64,000 bases of DNA from the NCBI GenBank assembly GCA_040285825.1, contig JAUPSS010000004.1:3204550-3268549 (forward strand). Reading direction: 5' to 3'. The notes beneath the pieces are model-generated. The model was not told the DNA's origin. It was given only the letters and a program-made list of their open reading frames with translations, and did not search any database. The position numbers and the translations under genes were made by a program. Below, in pieces: positions 62,163-64,000 of the stretch. Numbering within the stretch: position 1 is the stretch's first letter; the number at the start of each line of letters is the position of its first letter. The stretch is from Eukaryota sp. TZLM1-RC. Lineage: Eukaryota; Protista; Metamonada: BaSk clade.

Positions 62163-64000
62163 ATGTCAGACACCCCCTCTGTATCACGTGTATTCACTCG
62201 GTCTTGTGCACTCAACTCGCTGCTGACCCCTGCAGCGGTGCAACAAATTCGGACTGACCTTCCTGTGGTCACCGAGATTTGTCATGAAGCGTCTTTATTA
62301 CTTCAATCTTTTCTTCTAAATTTTCCGTTGGCATCAAGAGGTTTAGTGGAACAGGATGTATGGTATCTGTTTATGACCGTCATCACCACTGGTTCTTTTC
62401 CAAAGCCTTCCACATCTAAAGGCCAACGCCAATTACTCCATATCTTTTACAATGGATTTCTTCCTGAATGCCCACAAGACAGGTCTCTTGTTTCTGTGTG
62501 GGAAAATTCTTTAGTGCCTTACAGAAATTCATTCCATCTTTTCCTCAATGATTGGCTGCAGTCCCAGAACTGTAATTTTATCAATAGAAAAGGGCTTTCT
62601 TCTTATCTTGCCTGTCGTGCTCGTCAATTGGCCTCCAACGTTAAGACATGTTTACCCAAAATTTGTCAATCCTGGACAAAAAACTTTATTCGTGCTCATT
62701 GTAGAGCCCTGAATAAAACAAATGTCTTTGCAAATAATATTCTTTCACTTTTGCCAGATGAACTACTAGCCCAACCCGAGGAAGTAGTAGTTGATTCTGT
62801 TCTTGAATACCTCATCAATTTCAATTTGAATAATTCAAGAGAAAGATTTTTTTTATTGAATGCATGTAGGTTTATCTTGAATCTCTTTCAAAAATTTCCT
62901 ACCACTGCCTCCCTACTGTCCTCACATGATAAAATCACTTTTTCATCAAAGGAAATTAGTGAGCTTTTTCTCTTTAATCTTAAAATTTCACAATACTTAC
63001 TCACTTTCTTTTCTCATATGCATTGCTGGAAGAAATTTAGAATAATACCTTTAGCTTCTCATAAAGGTTCTAAATTTATTGAGGTACCTTCACAAATTTT
63101 CCACTCTGTGAAAAAATTTCCAATTATTGAAGGATCATCTTCCAAAACAAAGTTTATCAAAAATACATGTCTGAAACGAGTATTCAAACAATGTCCTTAC
63201 CAAAAATTCAATATCAACAGAAAAAGTTTGAAAAATAGATTTAACAAAATTTTATTGAAAACTAATGGTAATGAACTGCTTTTTGACCTTTGAAGGTAAA
63301 AATAATGACTCAGAAAACACAGATGAGCTGGATGAACCACCGAAAAGAAAAAGAAGATCAAAAAGTGAAATGAAAAGTGACCCTAATGCCAACAAAACCA
63401 GAGAAACACAGTTGAAGGGTACTAAAAAAATGCCCCGTCGAAGACGTAGACATCCAGTCGAAATTTTACCTGAAAGGCCCCTTATCGGCGTTGATCTTGG
63501 CCAATCAAGATTATGTGGTTACTTCTTAAATGATAATCAATGTGGAGTTATCCCTTGTCCAACTGGCAGAAGATACATGACAAAAAAATTCACCCAGTAA
63601 ACACTCTCCCAACCAATATTCCGTTCAAAATTTCAACCAATATTTGAACCATTGGAATTTGGTCAGGAGGAAAGTGTATTTGGAAAGTAATCGCCAGAAA
63701 TGGAAAATAATTAAATTTGATAACCGCAGACGAAAAGAGAGACGGTTCAGAGAGAGTCTCAACAAATTTCAAAGTCTGGCTGGACATCCTGAAAAACTCT
63801 ATCTTGCTGTGGGTTCTGCTAATTTCCCTTCTCATTGCCGAAAAGTCAATCGATATGGATCAGCAAGGGCTTTCAGAAAATGGTTGTGTTATCAAAAGGA
63901 CGTGAAGCACTTGTCAACCAGTGAATTTAATACAAGCAAAATGTCAAGTTGTTGCATGGCCGAGAATATTCAAGCAGGCTCATGGCAGATGCGTATTTGT
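62163..64000 (+). CDS. Fanzor1-like (TnpB-family RuvC) nuclease; two 1-bp homopolymer frameshifts; runs off the window end
   Basis: LIGVDLG (RuvC-I Asp codon 63493), KWKIIKFDNRRRKER bridge helix, LAVGSANF, STSEFNTSKMSSCC (Glu codon 63923 next to zinc finger), ...WQMRIC; basic NLS-like insert. Confidence 0.8.

Overview
AT-rich eukaryotic (protist-like, standard genetic code) DNA with tiny 27-38 nt GT-AG introns. Host genes: NVL/Rix7-type AAA ATPase, CCT2, acid-sphingomyelinase-like phosphodiesterase, MSH5, phosphoglucomutase, gamma-glutamyl hydrolase, a PHO80/U-type cyclin, an HDAC/acetylpolyamine-amidohydrolase-like enzyme, a HAD-like protein, a GPI ethanolamine-phosphate transferase, and two near-identical H2A(X)-H2B-H3-H4 clusters. 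Mobile DNA between them includes more than a dozen mostly 5'-truncated copies of at least five families of RLE-type (CRE-like) non-LTR retroelements, several with poly(A) tails and TSDs. It also includes a young Ty3/Gypsy element with identical 154-bp LTRs whose ORF runs from inside one LTR into the other, a Tc1/IS630 transposase fragment, and a decayed stand-alone PolB-type exonuclease gene. The top candidate is at the right edge: a Fanzor1-like (eukaryotic TnpB, putative RNA-guided nuclease) gene broken only by two apparent single-base homopolymer slips, with an inverted decayed paralog upstream. All family calls come from motif recognition by eye; no searches were run.
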